Source: the human T2T-CHM13v2.0 reference genome, Homo sapiens
NCBI RefSeq assembly: GCF_009914755.1
Contig: NC_060933.1
Direction: 5' to 3' (one strand)
Length of the DNA stretch: 64,000 nucleotides
In this document: in pieces, positions 27,174-46,913 of the stretch
How the letters are laid out: each line of letters begins with the position of its first letter
Position numbering within the stretch: the first letter of the stretch is position 1
Notes under the pieces: model-generated
The model's input: only the letters and a program-made list of their open reading frames with translations
Databases searched by the model: none
What the model was told of the DNA's origin: nothing
Made by a program: the position numbers and the translations under genes

Positions 27174-27982
27174 TAGCTGGGACTACAGGTGCCCGCCACC
27201 ATGCCTGGCTAATTTTTTTGTATTTTTTTTTTTTTTTTTTTTAGTAGGGATGGGATTTCACTATGTTAGCCAGGATGGTCTCGATCTCCAGACCTCGTGA
27301 ACCGCGTGCCTCGACCTCCCAAAGTGCTGGGATTACAGGCGTGAGGCACCGCGCCCGGCCCCATCTTTATTTTCTTATGATACTCTTACTAAATATAAAT
27401 CATTTTGGTACTATAGATAGGCAAATAGATAAATATTATGTCCTAGCTTTTTTTTTTTTTTTTTTGAGACAGTCTCACTTTGTTGCCCAGGCTGGAGTGC
27501 AGTTGCACAATCACAGCTCACTGCAGCCTGTACCTGCTGGGCTTAAGTGATCCTCCCACCTCAGCCTCCTGAGTGGGTGTGACCAGAGGCACATGCCACT
27601 ATGCTTGCCTAATTTTTAAACATTTTTCTAGAAACAAGGTCTTACTCTGTTGCCCAGGGTGGTCTCAAACTCCTGGCCTCAAGCAGTCTTCCCATCTCAG
27701 CTTCCCAAAGTACAGGGTATGTAGGGGTGAGCCACTGTACTTGGCCTGTCCCAGCATTTTATTCAAAATGGCTTTAGAAGTTATCTAATTAAATCCTTTT
27801 CCAAATCAGCCTCTTTTTCCTCTATGTGAATTCTTCCAGGGGGAACAGCTTGTTATCTCCTAAAGCAGCCCATTCAGTTTGTGGTCTTGGCTACAATGTA
27901 TAAAAAGTTATTTTTATGTTGAGATAAAGCCTGTCTCTTTTGGTGGTTTTTCTGGGGCTTCTGTACCCATTCCAGTGTTTGA

Positions 27983-28162
<180 letters not shown>

Positions 28163-28499
28163 TAGCTGGTACTACAGGCGTGTGCCACCATGTCCAGCTA
28201 ATTTTTGTATTTTCAGTAGAGACAGGATTTCATCATGTTGGTCAGGCTGGTCTCGAACTCCTGACCTCAAGTGATGCACCCACCTCGGCCTCCTAAAGTG
28301 CTGGGATTACAGGTGTGAGCTACCACTCCCAGCCTAACATTTTGTAATTGTCCTTAATTATCAAACATAAAAAATAATTTTTGGTTGGGTGTGGTGGCTC
28401 ATCCCTGTAATTCCAGCACTTTGGGAAGCTGAGGCCAGAGGATTGCTTGAGGCCAGGAGTTCGAGACTAGCCTGGGCAATATGGCAAGTCTTGTCCCTA

Positions 28500-28688
<189 letters not shown>

Positions 28689-29550
28689 TTATTGTTGGAA
28701 TGAGATAGGGCTTAATATTAATTGTTACCTACTTTTTTAATTGTTAAAGATATAAGTTCTGATTAACACATAAATAAGTCAAAGGGAGCCAGGCACTGTG
28801 GCTCACACCTGTAATCCCAGAACTTTGGGAGAACAAGGTGGGTGGATTGCCTGAGCTCAGGAGTTTGAGACCAGCCTGGGCAACAAGGTGAAAGCCCTTC
28901 TCTACGAAAAATACAAAAAATTTCGCTGGACATGGTGGTACACACCTGTAGTCCCAGCTACTTGCGGGGCTGAGGTGGGAAGATCACTTGAGTCTGGGAG
29001 GTTGGGCTGCAGTGAGCCGAGATGGTGCCGCTGCACTCCAGACTGGATGACAGAACAAGACCCTGTCTCCAGAAAAAAAAAAAAAAAGTCAAAGAGTATG
29101 TAAGTAGTTTTGTTACAGCAATGTCATTAAATCATTTGAATTTCTTCCTAAATATATGCTAAAATCATACAATGACCAGTATAAGAAATTATTTTTAATT
29201 ATCTGTCAGTGGACAATTCAGGCTTTCCTCCAGTTTTTTTGTTTTATTCAATTTTTTGTTTTCTATTTATTAATCTAAGAAAAAAGCATTAAAACCATTT
29301 TTCTTGAGCATTTAAACATGAGTATCAATTAGATTAATTCCCTTAAGCAGTTTAAATTTCAGTTATAACTTTAGTATGACTTACTTTAACACTTCAAATA
29401 CTTAAATAGCAAACAAAATGTTATTACAAAATGTGTTATCACACTGATGCTCAAAACTTATTCTAAAGCGTAATATGACATTAATTCATGATTTCTAAAC
29501 TTGTTTTTATATTTTCTGTTGTTATTATGCTCATTTTAGTTATTTTCTAG

Positions 29551-29757
<207 letters not shown>

Positions 29758-29948
29758 TAGTAGAGACGGGTTTTCACCGTGTTAGCCAGGATGGTCTCGA
29801 TCTCCTGACCTCTTGGTCCGTCTGCCTCAGCCTCTCAAAGTGCTGGGATTACAGGTGTGAGCCACCACGCCTGGCCGATTACTTCCATGGTTTTAGTCAT
29901 CAGGCTTCCTCCCCACAAAGAAAGAAGATTATCATACCAAGATAGTGA

Positions 29949-30279
<331 letters not shown>

Positions 30280-30951
30280 TGATCCGCCTGCCTCGGCCTC
30301 CCAAAGTGCTGGGATTACAGGCATGAGCCACTGTAGAGCCCCCCCGCCTTTTTTTTTCTGATACGGAGTTTCGCTCTTGTTGCCCAGGCTGGAGTGCAAT
30401 GGCAACCTCCGCCTCCTGGGTTCAAGCGATTCTCCTGCCTCAGCCTCCTGAGTAGCTGGGATTACAGGCATGTGCCACCACGCCCAGCTAATTTTGTATT
30501 TTTTTTTTTTTTAATTTTTTCGATACAGAGTCTCGCTGTGTCCCCAGGCTGGAGTGCAGTGGCACGATCTCGGCCACTCCCAGGTTCAAGTGATTCTCCT
30601 TGCTTCAGCCTTTCAAGTAGCTGGGATTACAGGCACCCGCCACCATGCCTGGCTAATTTTTTCGTGTGTGTTTTTATTAGAGATGGGTTTTCACCATGTT
30701 GGCCAGGCTGATCTTGAACTCCTGACCTCGCGATCTGCCCGCCTCAGCCTCTCAAAAGTGCTGCAATTACAGGTGTGAGCCACCACACCCAATCAGAGTC
30801 CTTTTTTTTTTGAGATGGAGTTTTGCTCTTGTTTCCCAGGCTGGATCGATCTCGGCTCACCGCAACTTCCACCTCCAGGGTTCAAGCAATTCTCCTGCCT
30901 CAGCCTCCAGAGTAGCTGGGATTACAGACATGCGCCACCATGCCCGGCTAA

Positions 30952-31422
<471 letters not shown>

Positions 31423-32224
31423 TAATGAAGTTTTACTTGTTACTTGATGATATCTCTAGGCTTCTGTCCTTTAAAGTTTTTTCAGCTTGGCTTATCTTCC
31501 TCTCCCCACCCAACTTTTTATTTTGAAAGTTTCAAGACCTCAGAAAAGATTGGAGACTGAGACAGTGAATACCCATATACCTTTCACCTAAGTTCACTGG
31601 TTTTTTGCTCAGCATGCTTCTTAAACGGTGTTGCTGAGGCTGAAAGTGGTAGCTCAGGCATGATGACTGAGTAGTGTTTCTGTCATTTTCCTTGTTTGGA
31701 ATGCTAACCTTCTAAGGAGTCTGAGATTGTTTTCTGGATGTTGTACTGTTGACCCACATTGAACCTGTCTTTCATAAAATCTCCAATGCCCTTTTTATGC
31801 ACATGCAAATAAATTTTGCTATATTTTTCTGTAGTGTTGAACAGTTTTTGGGGGGCTTTTTGATAGCTTTTGCTACTTAGTATTTTTTTTTTTTGAAACA
31901 GAGTCTTGCTCTGTTGCCCAGGCGGGAGTGCAGTGGCGCAATCTCGGCTCACTCCAAGCTCCGCCTCCCGGATTCACGCCATTCTCCTGCCTCAGCCTGC
32001 TGAGTAGCTGGGACTACAGGCTCCTGCCACCACGCCCGGCTAATTTTTTTGTAGTTTTAGTGAGACAGGGTTTCATCGTGTTAGCCAGGATGGTCTCGAT
32101 TTCCTGACCTCATGATCCGCCCGCCTCGGCCTCCCAAAGTGCGGGATTACAGGTGTGAGCCACCGTGCCCGGCCAGCTACTTAGTATTAAAGCTGTTAGT
32201 ATTGGAGCTTGGAACACCACCTGA

Positions 32225-32413
<189 letters not shown>

Positions 32414-32965
32414 TGATCACTTTATCAATAGTAAAAGAGAAAAGTACATTTCACCTGAAAGATTAGAAGAGATGTTAAGCGACTTACCTGTTTTGTTCCA
32501 TTTGTAACAATTTAGATTAAATAGATGTATATAATAAGTTGGAGATTCAATGTAAATGTCATTTTTCTAATACACCCCTAATGGGGTAGTATGGTTTACT
32601 AGATAGAATATGTTAGAATTTTCTCCTAGAGGGAAGGACTCATTCTAGTTTTTTTTTTTTTTTTTTTGAGACGGAATTTCGCTCTGTCGCTCAGGCTGAA
32701 GTGCAGTGATGCCATCTCTGCTCACTGCACCCTCCACCTCCCGAGTTCACGCCATTCTCCTGCCTCAGCCTCCTGAGTAGCTGGGACTACAGGCGCCCAC
32801 CACCATGCCCGGCTAATTTTTTATATTTTTAGTAGAGACGGGGTTTCACGTGTTAGCCAGGATGGTCTCAATCTCCTGACCTTGTGATCTGCCCTCCTCG
32901 GCCTCCCAGAGTGCTGGGATTACAGACGTGAGCCACCGTGCCCAGCCTCATTCTAGTTTTATATG

Positions 32966-33310
32966 GTATATTAATTTCCTAGGGCTGTTGGAACAAATTA
33001 CTACAGACTTGGTGGCTTAAAGCAACAGAAACTCATTGTCTGACAGTTCTGGAGGTTTGAAGTCTGAAATCAAAATGTTGGCAAGGCTGGTTCCTTCTGG
33101 AGGTTCTGAGAGGGAATCTGTTTCCTGCCTCTTTGCTAGTTGTTGGTAGTTGCTGGCAGTCCTTGGCACTCCTTGGTTTATAGATGCACCACTCCCATCT
33201 TGGCCTCCGTCTTCAAATGGTGTTTTCCTCTCTGTGTAGCTGTGTCTCTGTCCAAATGTCTCTCTTCTTAAAAGGACCCAAGGTTTAGGCTTACCCTGAT
33301 CCAGTGACAG
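32966..33310 (-). mobile_element. MLT1 (MaLR) LTR, MLT1B/C-like
   Basis: TATTAATTTCCTAGGGCTG...CAAATTAC...GGTGGCTTAAAGCAACAGAAA...CAGTTCTGGAGG...AAGTCTGAAATCAA is the antisense MLT1 3' end. Confidence 0.8.
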
Positions 33311-34105
33311 TTCAACCCCCAGCACTGGGTAGCTTCCAGTGTCTTTTATGTAAACCAAGCAATTTCAAGTTTTAACTTGCCATTTTTGTCTTGAAAGATG
33401 TCTTTAGAACTTGTATTATTCAACTTCTTTAGTTTTCGTTAGTCTCAGCCAAATAATATGTAATTTGCACATGATTTTCACAGGATAGCACTGTTTTAAA
33501 AGCATATTTTAAAAATCATAATTTTGGCCGGGTCCTCTCATGCCTATAATCCCAGCACTTTGGGAGGCTGAGGCGGGAGGATCATTTGAAACCAGTGGTT
33601 TAAAACCAGCCTCAGTAACATAGCAAGACCCTGTCTCTACATACAAAAGAAAAAAGAAAAAAAAAAGCCGGGTGTGATGGCGCGTGGTGCGCACCTGTCA
33701 TTCCAGCTCCTCAGGAGGCTGAGGCGGGAGAATTGCTTGAGTCCAGGAGTTTGAAGCTGCAGTGAGCCACGTTAATGGCACTGTACTCCAGCCTGGGTGA
33801 CAGAACAAACCCCTGTCTCTAAAAAATAAAAACAAAAAAATTATAACGTTGAATGTTTTGGATCTAGAGCTATTGTATAGTAGTACATTGTATTACTACA
33901 CTGTAGATCTACCTACATGGTCCACATTTTAAAACCTCTTTGATTTTAAAACCTCTTTGGTAATTTTAAAACCTCTTTATATTTTTAGGTGATCCCTTTG
34001 TTCAAATAAAATTCTTAGGGCCAGGCGCAGGGGGTCACGCTTGTAACTGCAGCACTTTGGGAGGCCAAGGCTGGTGGATTATTTGAGGCCAGGAGTTCAA
34101 GACTA

Positions 34106-34345
<240 letters not shown>

Positions 34346-35972
34346 CTAGGAGAAAATTTAAAAGGTACAAGAGAGTGGCCGGGTGCAGTGTCTCGTGCCT
34401 GTAATCCCAGCACTTTGGGAGGCCAAGGTGGGAAGATCACTTGAGCTAAGGAGTTCGGGACTAGCTTGAGCAACATAGTGAGACCTTGTTTTTACTTAAA
34501 TAAAAAAAGAAAAAAAGGCTGGGTATGGTGGTGCACACCTGTAGTCCCAGCTACTTGGGAGGCTCAGGTGAGGAGCCTGGGAGATATAGGCTACAGTGAG
34601 CTATGATTGCACCACTGCACTCCAGCCTTGGCAACAGAGTGAGACCCTGTCTCAAAAAAAAAAGGTACAGGGAGTATATATTAAAAAACAAAATCCTCTC
34701 TTTCCCCTACATCCCAGTCATCCAATATTCTTTAATTTTTAAATTTTATTATATTGTTAATAGAAATGGGGGTCTTGGCCTGTTGCCCAAGCTGGTCTTG
34801 GACTCCTGGCCTTAAGCGATCTTCCCTCCTTGGCCTCCCAAAATGTTGGGATTACAGGCGTGAGCAACTATGCCCCACCCTAGTCATCACATTTCTTTTC
34901 TTTTTTTTTTTTTTTTTTTTGAGACGGAGTCTCACACTGTCTTGAGTGCTGGAGTGCAATGGCGTAACCTTGGCTCACTACAACCTCCGCCTCCCGGGTT
35001 CAAGTGATTTTCCTGCCCCAGCCTCCTGAGTAGCTGGGATTGTAGGCACGTGCCATCACCCCCGGTTAATTTTTGTATTTTTTAGTAGAGACGGAGTTTT
35101 ACCATGTTGGCCAGGCTGGTCTCAAACTTCTGACCTCAGGCAATTTGCCCACTTCAGCCTCCCAAAGTGCTCGGGATTACAGGAGTGAGCCACCGCGCCC
35201 GGCCCTCAAATTTTCTTTTCTCTGAGCCATTCATGTACTTTTCTTGTGTCTCTTGTAGATACCTACATATATTTTATACGTATGTGTATTTTATATGTGT
35301 GTGTGTGTAGCTTACACACACATGGTGTGACACAAATGGTCACAAATTATTACTTTGCACCTTGTTTTTTTCCCAGGTAACAATTGATCTTAGAGACCAT
35401 CTGAGCACATTCAGATATTTTAGACATTTTTATTTCTCTTTATTTTGTATTTCTTTATTTGAAAATATGAAGTAGGCTGTTTTCTTTTTGTAAAACTTAC
35501 TGTATAACATTAAAACATTTCCTATTGAGGTATAAATTTACATATAATAAAATGTACACATTAGGTATGCAGTTTGACAAATGTATATACCCATGTACCT
35601 CCCACCCCAAAGTATAAAACATCTCTATCACCTCAGAAAGTTTTCTCCAGCCCTTTTGAAGTTTTCCCTGTAACCATAGCCACCCTGCCCTTACCAGCAA
35701 CTGCTCATCTGATTTCTATCACAGCAGATCAGTTTAATCTATTCTAGACTATGATGTAAATGACTCATACAGTATTCTTTTGCTTATTCTTTTGTTAGGC
35801 TTCTTTTGCTCAGCATAATACTTTTGTAAGCCACTATATCAATCTATAGTCTTAATAACTTAGTACTGGACATTGTTTCATATCAGTTTGTAAAGAGCTT
35901 CCTCTTTTTTTTTTTTTTTTTTAATTATTGCCTAGAATTCCATTCCGTGTCATAGTTTATATAGTATCAGCA

Positions 35973-36331
35973 TTTAGGTCTGAATGCTGTTATTCCCCAC
36001 AAATTCGTATGTTGAAACTTAATCCCCAGTGTGATAGTATTAAGAGGTGGGGCCCTTTAAGGAGGTGATTAGGTTATGAGGGCAGAGCCCTTATGAATGG
36101 GATTAGTGCCTTTATACAGGAGGCTTTAGGGAGCCTGTTTGCTCCCTTCCACCATATGAGAATACATAGCACATGCCAACTGTGAGCAACAGAACCTCAC
36201 TAGACACTGAATCTAGTGGCACCTTGATGTTAGACTTCCCGGCCTCCAGAAATGTGAGCAATACATTTCTGTTGTTTATAAATTACCCAGCGTAAGGTAT
36301 TTTGTTATAGCAGCCCAAATGGACTAAGACA
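35973..36331 (+). mobile_element. MaLR LTR (MSTD/MLT1A-like)
   Basis: AAATTCGTATGTTGAAACTTAATCCCCAGTGTGATAGTATTAAGAGGTGGGGCC...GCCTCCAGAAATGTGAGCAATACATTTCTGTTGTTTATAAATTACCCAG...GGACTAAGACA. Confidence 0.8.
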
Positions 36332-36380
36332 GTTGTTTCTAGTCTTTTGCTTTTACAAACACTGCTGCTGCAGTAAATGA

Positions 36381-36599
<219 letters not shown>

Positions 36600-37319
36600 T
36601 AGTAGAGACGGGTTGGCCAGGCTGGTCTCGAACTCCTGATCCACCCACCTCGGCCTCCCAAAGTGCTGGGATTACAGGCCTGAGCCACGGCGCCTGGCCA
36701 AAGTACTGTTTTTTGATATGAGTGAGTACATCTATAAGAGCAGTAACTAAATGTGGAACTGTGAGGTCAAGTCTATATGCATTTGTAATTTTAATTGATA
36801 TTGCTAAAATGGAAACCCAGCTCACAGAAAAGTGGAGAAAGTTTTCTGTGCCCTGGGAAAGGGATGGAAAGCCTTGAGCTTTGTGCTCTGGTACCTGTTC
36901 TGCAGCCTCTGAGATACCTCTGTAGACCTGGGCTCCTTCTGGTATAGATTGAAAACCACTGGTCTTTGGGATAGAGAAACAATAATTACTGCTGGCTTTT
37001 TAAATTTCAGGTAATTACACTGAATGAGAGTACATTAAGATGAGAATGGCTTTTAATACTTTGCTATAAAAATATAAAACCCTGGGTGAGCTTTTTAAAA
37101 TCACAGTGGTAGTTGGTTTTACTTCTACTTACTGGTAATAAAACTGTTCGAAGAAAGAGTTATTGTTCTCATTCCTGGAGTCATTATTGACTTGTTTGAT
37201 CCTGAGAGTGTACTTTTGAATATACCTTACTCGGTTCCATTCCCTATAAAGTCGAATTAATAATATCTCTGAGTTAAGTGTACTTTTTTATTTTAAATTT
37301 CTGTGAAGTGATTTTTTAA

Positions 37320-37556
<237 letters not shown>

Positions 37557-37789
37557 TAGGTTTACAAATGATCTGATTAGGAATCTATCTTTGGTTTGCT
37601 TTTTGTTGTTGTTGCTCCAGTCATACCTATCAGATTTCTTTTTTCCTCTTACTTTTTTTTTTTTTTTTTTTGGAGGTGGTGTCTCACTCTGTCACCCAGG
37701 CTATAGTGCAGTGGTGTGATCTCGGCTCACTGCGACCTCCGCCTCCCGGATTCAAGCAGTTCCCCTGCCTCAGCCTTCTGAGTAGCTGA

Positions 37790-38100
<311 letters not shown>

Positions 38101-38243
38101 TGATCTGCCCACCTCGGCCTCCCAAATTGCTGGGATTACAGGTGTGATCCACCGCGCCCGGCCAGGCCAGTCTGGTCTTGAACTCCTGACCTCAAGCTAT
38201 TCTTTCGCCCTGGCCTCCCAAAGTGCTGGGATTACAGGTATGA

Positions 38244-38639
<396 letters not shown>

Positions 38640-39014
38640 TAAGGTGATCCTCTTGCCTTAGCCTCCTGAGTAGCTGGAATTACAGGTGCCTGCCACCACT
38701 CTCGGCTAATTTTTGTATTTTTAGTAGGCCTGGGGTTTTGCCATGTTGGCCAGGCTGGTTTCAAACTCCTGACTTCAAGTGATGCGCCTGCCTTGGCCTT
38801 CCAAAGTGCTGGGATTACAGGCGTGAGCCAGGGTACCTGGCCGGAAACTATCTTTTTCCATCTGTTTATACTGAACTCGTCGATTTCAACTCACTCTTTT
38901 GGTTTAAATTTGCTTTTGGCACAAATTGTGTTTGCTTGTAGTTGACTCTCAGAACACCAAGGAGAAAATAGGAGAAAATGGTTTATGCTAGTGAGTCTTA
39001 TGGGGAAGTGATAG

Positions 39015-39110
<96 letters not shown>

Positions 39111-39267
39111 TAGCTGGGACTACAGGCGCCTGCCACCACGCCCGGCTAATTTTTTTTGTATTTTTAGTAGAGACGGGGTTTCACCGTGTTAGCCAGGATG
39201 GTCTTGATCTCCTGACCTCGTGATCCACCCGCCTAGGCCTCCCAAAGTGCTGGGATTACAGGCGTGA

Positions 39268-39645
<378 letters not shown>

Positions 39646-39905
39646 TAGTTTCTAGTCATTTTCAGTTTGTTGTACCCGGACTTTTTAACAGAAACAACCT
39701 TAAATCATTTTTACTCATTTTAATTAATTTATTTATTTTTAAAAAGTGAGACCAGGTCTTTCTGTGTTGCCCAGGCTGGTCTTGAACACCTGGGCTCAAA
39801 TAATCCTCTCTCATCTGCCTTCAGAGTGCTGGGATTACAGGCATGAGCTGCCACACCTGGCCTTAAGTCATTTTTAGAAATGGCTAGAGGTGGGATGTGA
39901 TATAA

Positions 39906-40160
<255 letters not shown>

Positions 40161-41875
40161 TAGTTTTTGTAAGTTCTCTAGATGATCATAACATGCAATC
40201 AAGATTGAGAGTCACTGCCCTAGTTCTAGGATTGGTCCTGCTGAAGACTCCATGGGTATGCTGTGAGAATTTGCAGTGCAGAGGTGACTTGAGGCTATTA
40301 CAGCAAGAATGCTGACTTGACCAGTGCTTGCAGTTTGAGTATATTGCCACTAGATGATGCCTTTGTTTGTTTAGATAAAAGTTGAGAATTTAGTGCAAAT
40401 CTGTTATCCAAATGGTTCTATAACTAACAATTAGTTACATTTTGAGAAACAATCCGCTTTCCTTTTAAAAGAAGGAAAAAGCCCATATGCACTTCTAAAT
40501 TTATAACTGTTATATATTTCCTTAATTTGCATTCCATGGTTATGTATTGGTGTTCTCCAGCATAACTTCTCTTTGAGGTGACTTTGAACTTTCTGGCTCT
40601 GCTGTCTGCAGCAGATCTCCTGTGTGGCTGCCTGTTGGAAGCTTCCTCTGGAGTTCTCTAATCATGGTACTCACAATCTCTAAAATGAGCTGTCTACACT
40701 CATTAAGAATGTTGAAATTGCAGACTTGTCTCGGGCTTTGGTAATCCCATAACTGTTTCCTGCCCTGATCAGAATTAGCTAGGTGCAAAGGGAAGCAGAT
40801 TTTGCCCCTTTGGCAGAAAGTCTGATTCTTTCTGATTCTTCTCTCCTTCCCTTGGCTCTTTAGAAACTATAAGTGGAACCTTTTTTCTGGGAACCAAATG
40901 CTAGAAGGCAGGTTTTTTTTTTTTTTTTTGATTGACAAACATATAAAGAAAAAACATACTTTGAACAGATAAACTGGTTTAAGTTGTTCTCCATGGGAGG
41001 CAGTGGAGAAGGTTTGTGACAGACCCTGTGAGCCTTCATTTATGGCTGCCACGGATTACACACATAGACACCATCTAAGGAAAGTGGGGTTGCCTGGGAG
41101 AGGATTGCCTCAGCCTTCTTCCAAGGAGCACACTCCTGGGCATGTTGTTTCAGTTGTAAATGACATCTCACAATTCACAAATCCTTTGCCAGCTGTAAGA
41201 ACTCTATACAGCTGTTGGACTGTAGCTTTATTTTCATTATGTCTTGGTATTTCTGTGGGAGGGCAGAGGAGGATGAGCAGATTACTCATTTTAACAGAAC
41301 TGGAAGCTAAGGGAGTGATTTATAACTGCATCTAGAAAACAGACTTTCAAGGCACTGTTCTATGTAACATATTGCTTTTTTCCCTCTAAGAAAATAGAGC
41401 TCTTCTGTATTTGTGAAGATTTCATACTGGAGATAAGGTCCAGTAAATAAATTTTTCCCCCCGGGATACTTGGGGATGGAAAGACGTGGATGCTTGGATA
41501 TATGCTGGGCTTATTTATGTATGTGGGTATTTAGGGAAGTATGAACCTGATTTGACTGAGCTAAGGGGAAAGGATTTGTTCATGCCAGGTTGTAGTGGTG
41601 TTGGGAATCCAGAGAAGCAGAGACCACACGTGCATGCACACATGTATACAGAGTATTGTGTTGGCTGCAGAAATCCTTTATTATGTGGGGTGGTTTTTCA
41701 TCTAGCTTCTCTTTGCTTGTGCTCAAATAATTTTTATCGGCCAGGCGTGGTGGCTCATTGCCTGTAATCCCGGCACTTTGGGAGGCCGAGGCGGGTGGAT
41801 CACCTGAAGTCTGGAGTTCAAGACTAGCCCAGCCAACATGGCAAAACCCCGTCTATACCAAAAATACAAAAATTA

Positions 41876-42088
<213 letters not shown>

Positions 42089-42095
42089 TTAATAA

Positions 42096-42224
<129 letters not shown>

Positions 42225-42648
42225 TGATTAATTCATTATATAATCAGCAGACATTTATATTGGTCACCTGTAGTGAGTCAGGCACTGTGCGTTGGGGGTA
42301 TAATGATGAAGTAAGAAATAATCTTGTTAATCAGAGTTCAGTCTATTTGGAGAGTGAGACATGATTACTTATAAATGAAATTAATAACTTGCAATAAATA
42401 TAGTAACATATACTTATGAAGCAGGGATATTTCTGGTGTCCTTGTTGTGGCTGCTTTTGTATTAAATAGTGCCATAGTTTGGACTGGTTAGTCTAGCTGG
42501 ATAGAACAAAAGACGAAGGTTCCAGGCTCAGTTTCAGAGATGCTGGTTAGCACAGAGAAAACCTGTGCTTCGTCCATCCAGAGCTGACTCTCCAAGGCCA
42601 GCAGCCCTGTGTAGGAGTCCAGGCTGAGAAGGAGTGGGATTTGCCTGA

Positions 42649-43347
<699 letters not shown>

Positions 43348-43604
43348 TGATCCGCCTGCCTCGGCCTCCCAAAGTGCTGGGATTACAGGAGTGAGCCACC
43401 GTGCCCGGCTCTGGCCTCCAAATCTTTAATGTGCTCTTGTACAGTGTGATCCTTCAGGAAAGGAACATCACAGATAACAGCTGGTTCTGATTTTATTTGC
43501 CTATGGGATCCACTTTTGATGGAGAGCATCTTTTGGAACTAGCATAAGGAACTTTGGGAATACCAGGTTACTTCATAAAATGAGAAGATGGGAACTGTTT
43601 CCGG

Positions 43605-44220
43605 TGACTTTTTATTTTGATATAATCTCTAACTTACAAGATAGTGCAAGAATAGAATGAGGAACTTTGGTATATCTTTTACTCAAATTCACAGTTATTT
43701 ACATTTTTCCTTATTTGCTTTATCATTCTCTATGTTTATATATATGCATGTTTTTTTTTGAATCATTTGAGAGTTAGCTAGAAATATCATATCCTTTTAT
43801 TACTCAATATTTCTATATATATTTTTCCTAAAAGCAAAGACCTTTTCTTTTATAACCACACTTTAGTATCAAAATTTAACATTGATACAATTTATTTAAT
43901 TCATAATTCATATTCAAATGGTATTAATTGTACCAATAATGTCCTTTATAGTTTTATTTTCCCCCCAGTCTAGGATATGGTGCAGGATGCATTTAGTTAT
44001 TGCATTTAGTTATTGTGTCTCTTTAGTCCCTTTTAATCTGGAAGACTTCCTTAGGCTTTCTTTATTTTTTTTGATCTCAGCATTTTTGAAGAAGCCAGTT
44101 ATTTAGTAGAATGTACATCAATTTGAATTTATTTAATGTTTCTTTATGATTAGATTCAGGTTATGTATTTTTGGCAGAAATACCACAAAAATGATGTTGT
44201 AGCCTTCTTAGTGCATTATA
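43605..44220 (-). mobile_element. Old L1M (L1MC-like) 3' fragment
   Basis: AT-rich sequence with typical antisense L1M 3'-end phrases (TTTAACATTGATACAAT, ATTGCATTTAGTTATTGTGTCTCTTTAGTC, GATTAGATTCAGGTTATGTATTTTTGGCAG). Confidence 0.65.
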
Positions 44221-44277
44221 GGAAAGGGACCAAATGTTTTCTGAACGTTTATCATAGTCCTGGAATCATGCTGGATA

Positions 44278-44932
44278 CTTTTTATTTTTAATTGTGGTAA
44301 AATACACATAACATAAAATTTACCATCTTAACTGTTTTAAAATGTATAGTTTAGTAGTACTGAAATACAATCACATTGTTGTGCAACCGACCTCCAGGGC
44401 TCTTTTAATTTTGCAAAACTGAAACTTTATACCTGTTAAACAATTCTTCATTTCTGCCTACCCTATTCCCCTGGCAACTACCCTTCTGCCTTCTGTCTCT
44501 ATGAATTTGACTAATCTAGGAACTTCATGTAAATGGAATCATACAATATTTGTCTTTTTGTGACTGGTTATTTCACTTAGCATAATGTCCTCAAGGTTCA
44601 TGCATGTTGTAGCATGTATCAGAATTTCCTTTCTTTATAAGGCTGAATAATATTCCATTGTATGTATATACCACATTTTGTTTATTCATTCATCCATTGG
44701 TAGATACTTAAATTGCTTCCACCTTTTGGCACCTGTGAATAATGTTGATAGGAATATGAGTGTACAAGTATCTCTTTCAGATCCTGCTTTCAATTCTTTT
44801 GGGTATATATTCAGAAGCGGAGTTGCTGGATCATATTGTAATTCTATTTTTAATATTTTGTGGAATCTCCATACTGTTTTCCATAGTGAGTGCACCATCT
44901 TACATTTTCACCAACAGTGTACAGGAGTTTCA
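44278..44932 (-). mobile_element. L1MA/L1MB 3' end fragment
   Basis: TTAATTGTGGTAAAATACACATAACATAAAATTTACCATCTTAAC...AATGGAATCATACAATATTTGTC... The minus-strand ORF 44686-44898 ([32 protein letters not shown]) is the L1 ORF2p C-terminus. Confidence 0.88.
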
Positions 44933-45084
44933 CATGGGCTGGGCGCGGTGGCTCATGCCTGTAATCCCAGCACTTTGGGAGACTGAGGTGGGCGGATCAT
45001 GAGGTTAGGAGTTTGAGACCAGCCTGGCCAACATGATGAATCCCTGTCTCTATTAAAAATATAAAAATTAGCTAGGCATGGTGA

Positions 45085-45504
<420 letters not shown>

Positions 45505-46714
45505 TAACTCCCGACCCCAGGTGATCCGTCTGCCTTGGCCTACCAAAGTGTTGGGATTACAGGCATGAGCCACCACGCCTGGCCACAGACATCCTTTTTA
45601 GTGAATACTGTTACCCTATCCCATAAGATAAAGAAGATGAAGAAACTGAGGCTCAGAAATTTGGTGCCTTTGCAGGGTCACACAGCTGGTGACTGAGTGA
45701 GATTTGAGTGGAGTGAGGTACTGTTTCCACTATTCCATTTAGTTTCCCAGAAGGAGTGATAATCGTATGCCTGATCTCACAAGATTCCTAGAGGTGATGA
45801 GAATCTGCTGATTTGAGTGTATCTGGGTTTTTCCTATGTAATTTTAAATTGTTTTCTTGTCCGTGTTAGTTCAACTTCCTGTCCTTCTCAGAGTGTCTAA
45901 AGGATAGTGGACTGAGGAGTCATTTGAGATACTTACTAAATGATGCAGAGCTCAGGGTGGTAACTCCCTCAGAGATTTTGGTTTCGTTTTCTGAGATGGG
46001 GCTTTAAGAATCTTCATTTAAAATACTAATAAAATAGTTGATTCTGATGTTCACAGTCCTGATCATGCTTTAAGGACATGTTCCATTGTAAATATCTCTA
46101 ATTTCTTCAGTAATTTTTCATGGGAAATGGTTTCAGTTCTCTCTTCCTCCCAATTATTTTATCTTTTTTTTTTTTGAGACAGGGTGTCACTCTGTCTCCC
46201 AGGCTGAAGTGCAGTGGCATGACTATGGCTCACGGTAGCCTTTACCTCCTAGACTCAAGCAGTCCTCCCACCTCAGCCTCCCAAGTAGCTGGGACTACAG
46301 GTGTGCACTACCACACCTGGCTAATTTTTAAAATTTCTTTGTAGAGATAGGGTCTTGCTATGTTTCTGGGGCTGGTCTTGAACTCCTGGGCCTAAGTGAT
46401 CCTCCCGCCTTGGCCTCCCAAAGTGCTGGGAGCCAGTTATTTTTTCATGTCAACTGGTAGTTTATGGATTTACTTGCATTTGCTTTGGTTTTTTTATGAT
46501 TTTAGTTAATTTATTCTCATATTCAATTCAAAACAGCGAAGTAAAGGTACTTTCAGTTAACTGAAAAATGCTTTTTCTGCTTTCTTTTTTCTAATAAGTG
46601 TTGGTAGCACTATGGGGATGTTATTATCATTTTATTCCTCTTTAAGTTTAACCCTAGACATAATCTTTCTGTTGACTTCTTGTGTGTTTTTTTGTTTGTT
46701 TGTTTGTTTTTTGA

Positions 46715-46913
<199 letters not shown>

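Noticed and set aside
40345-40360. TGCCACTAGATGATGC as a CTCF site
   Set aside because: Mismatches in the key GGCGC half; cannot be supported without ChIP data.
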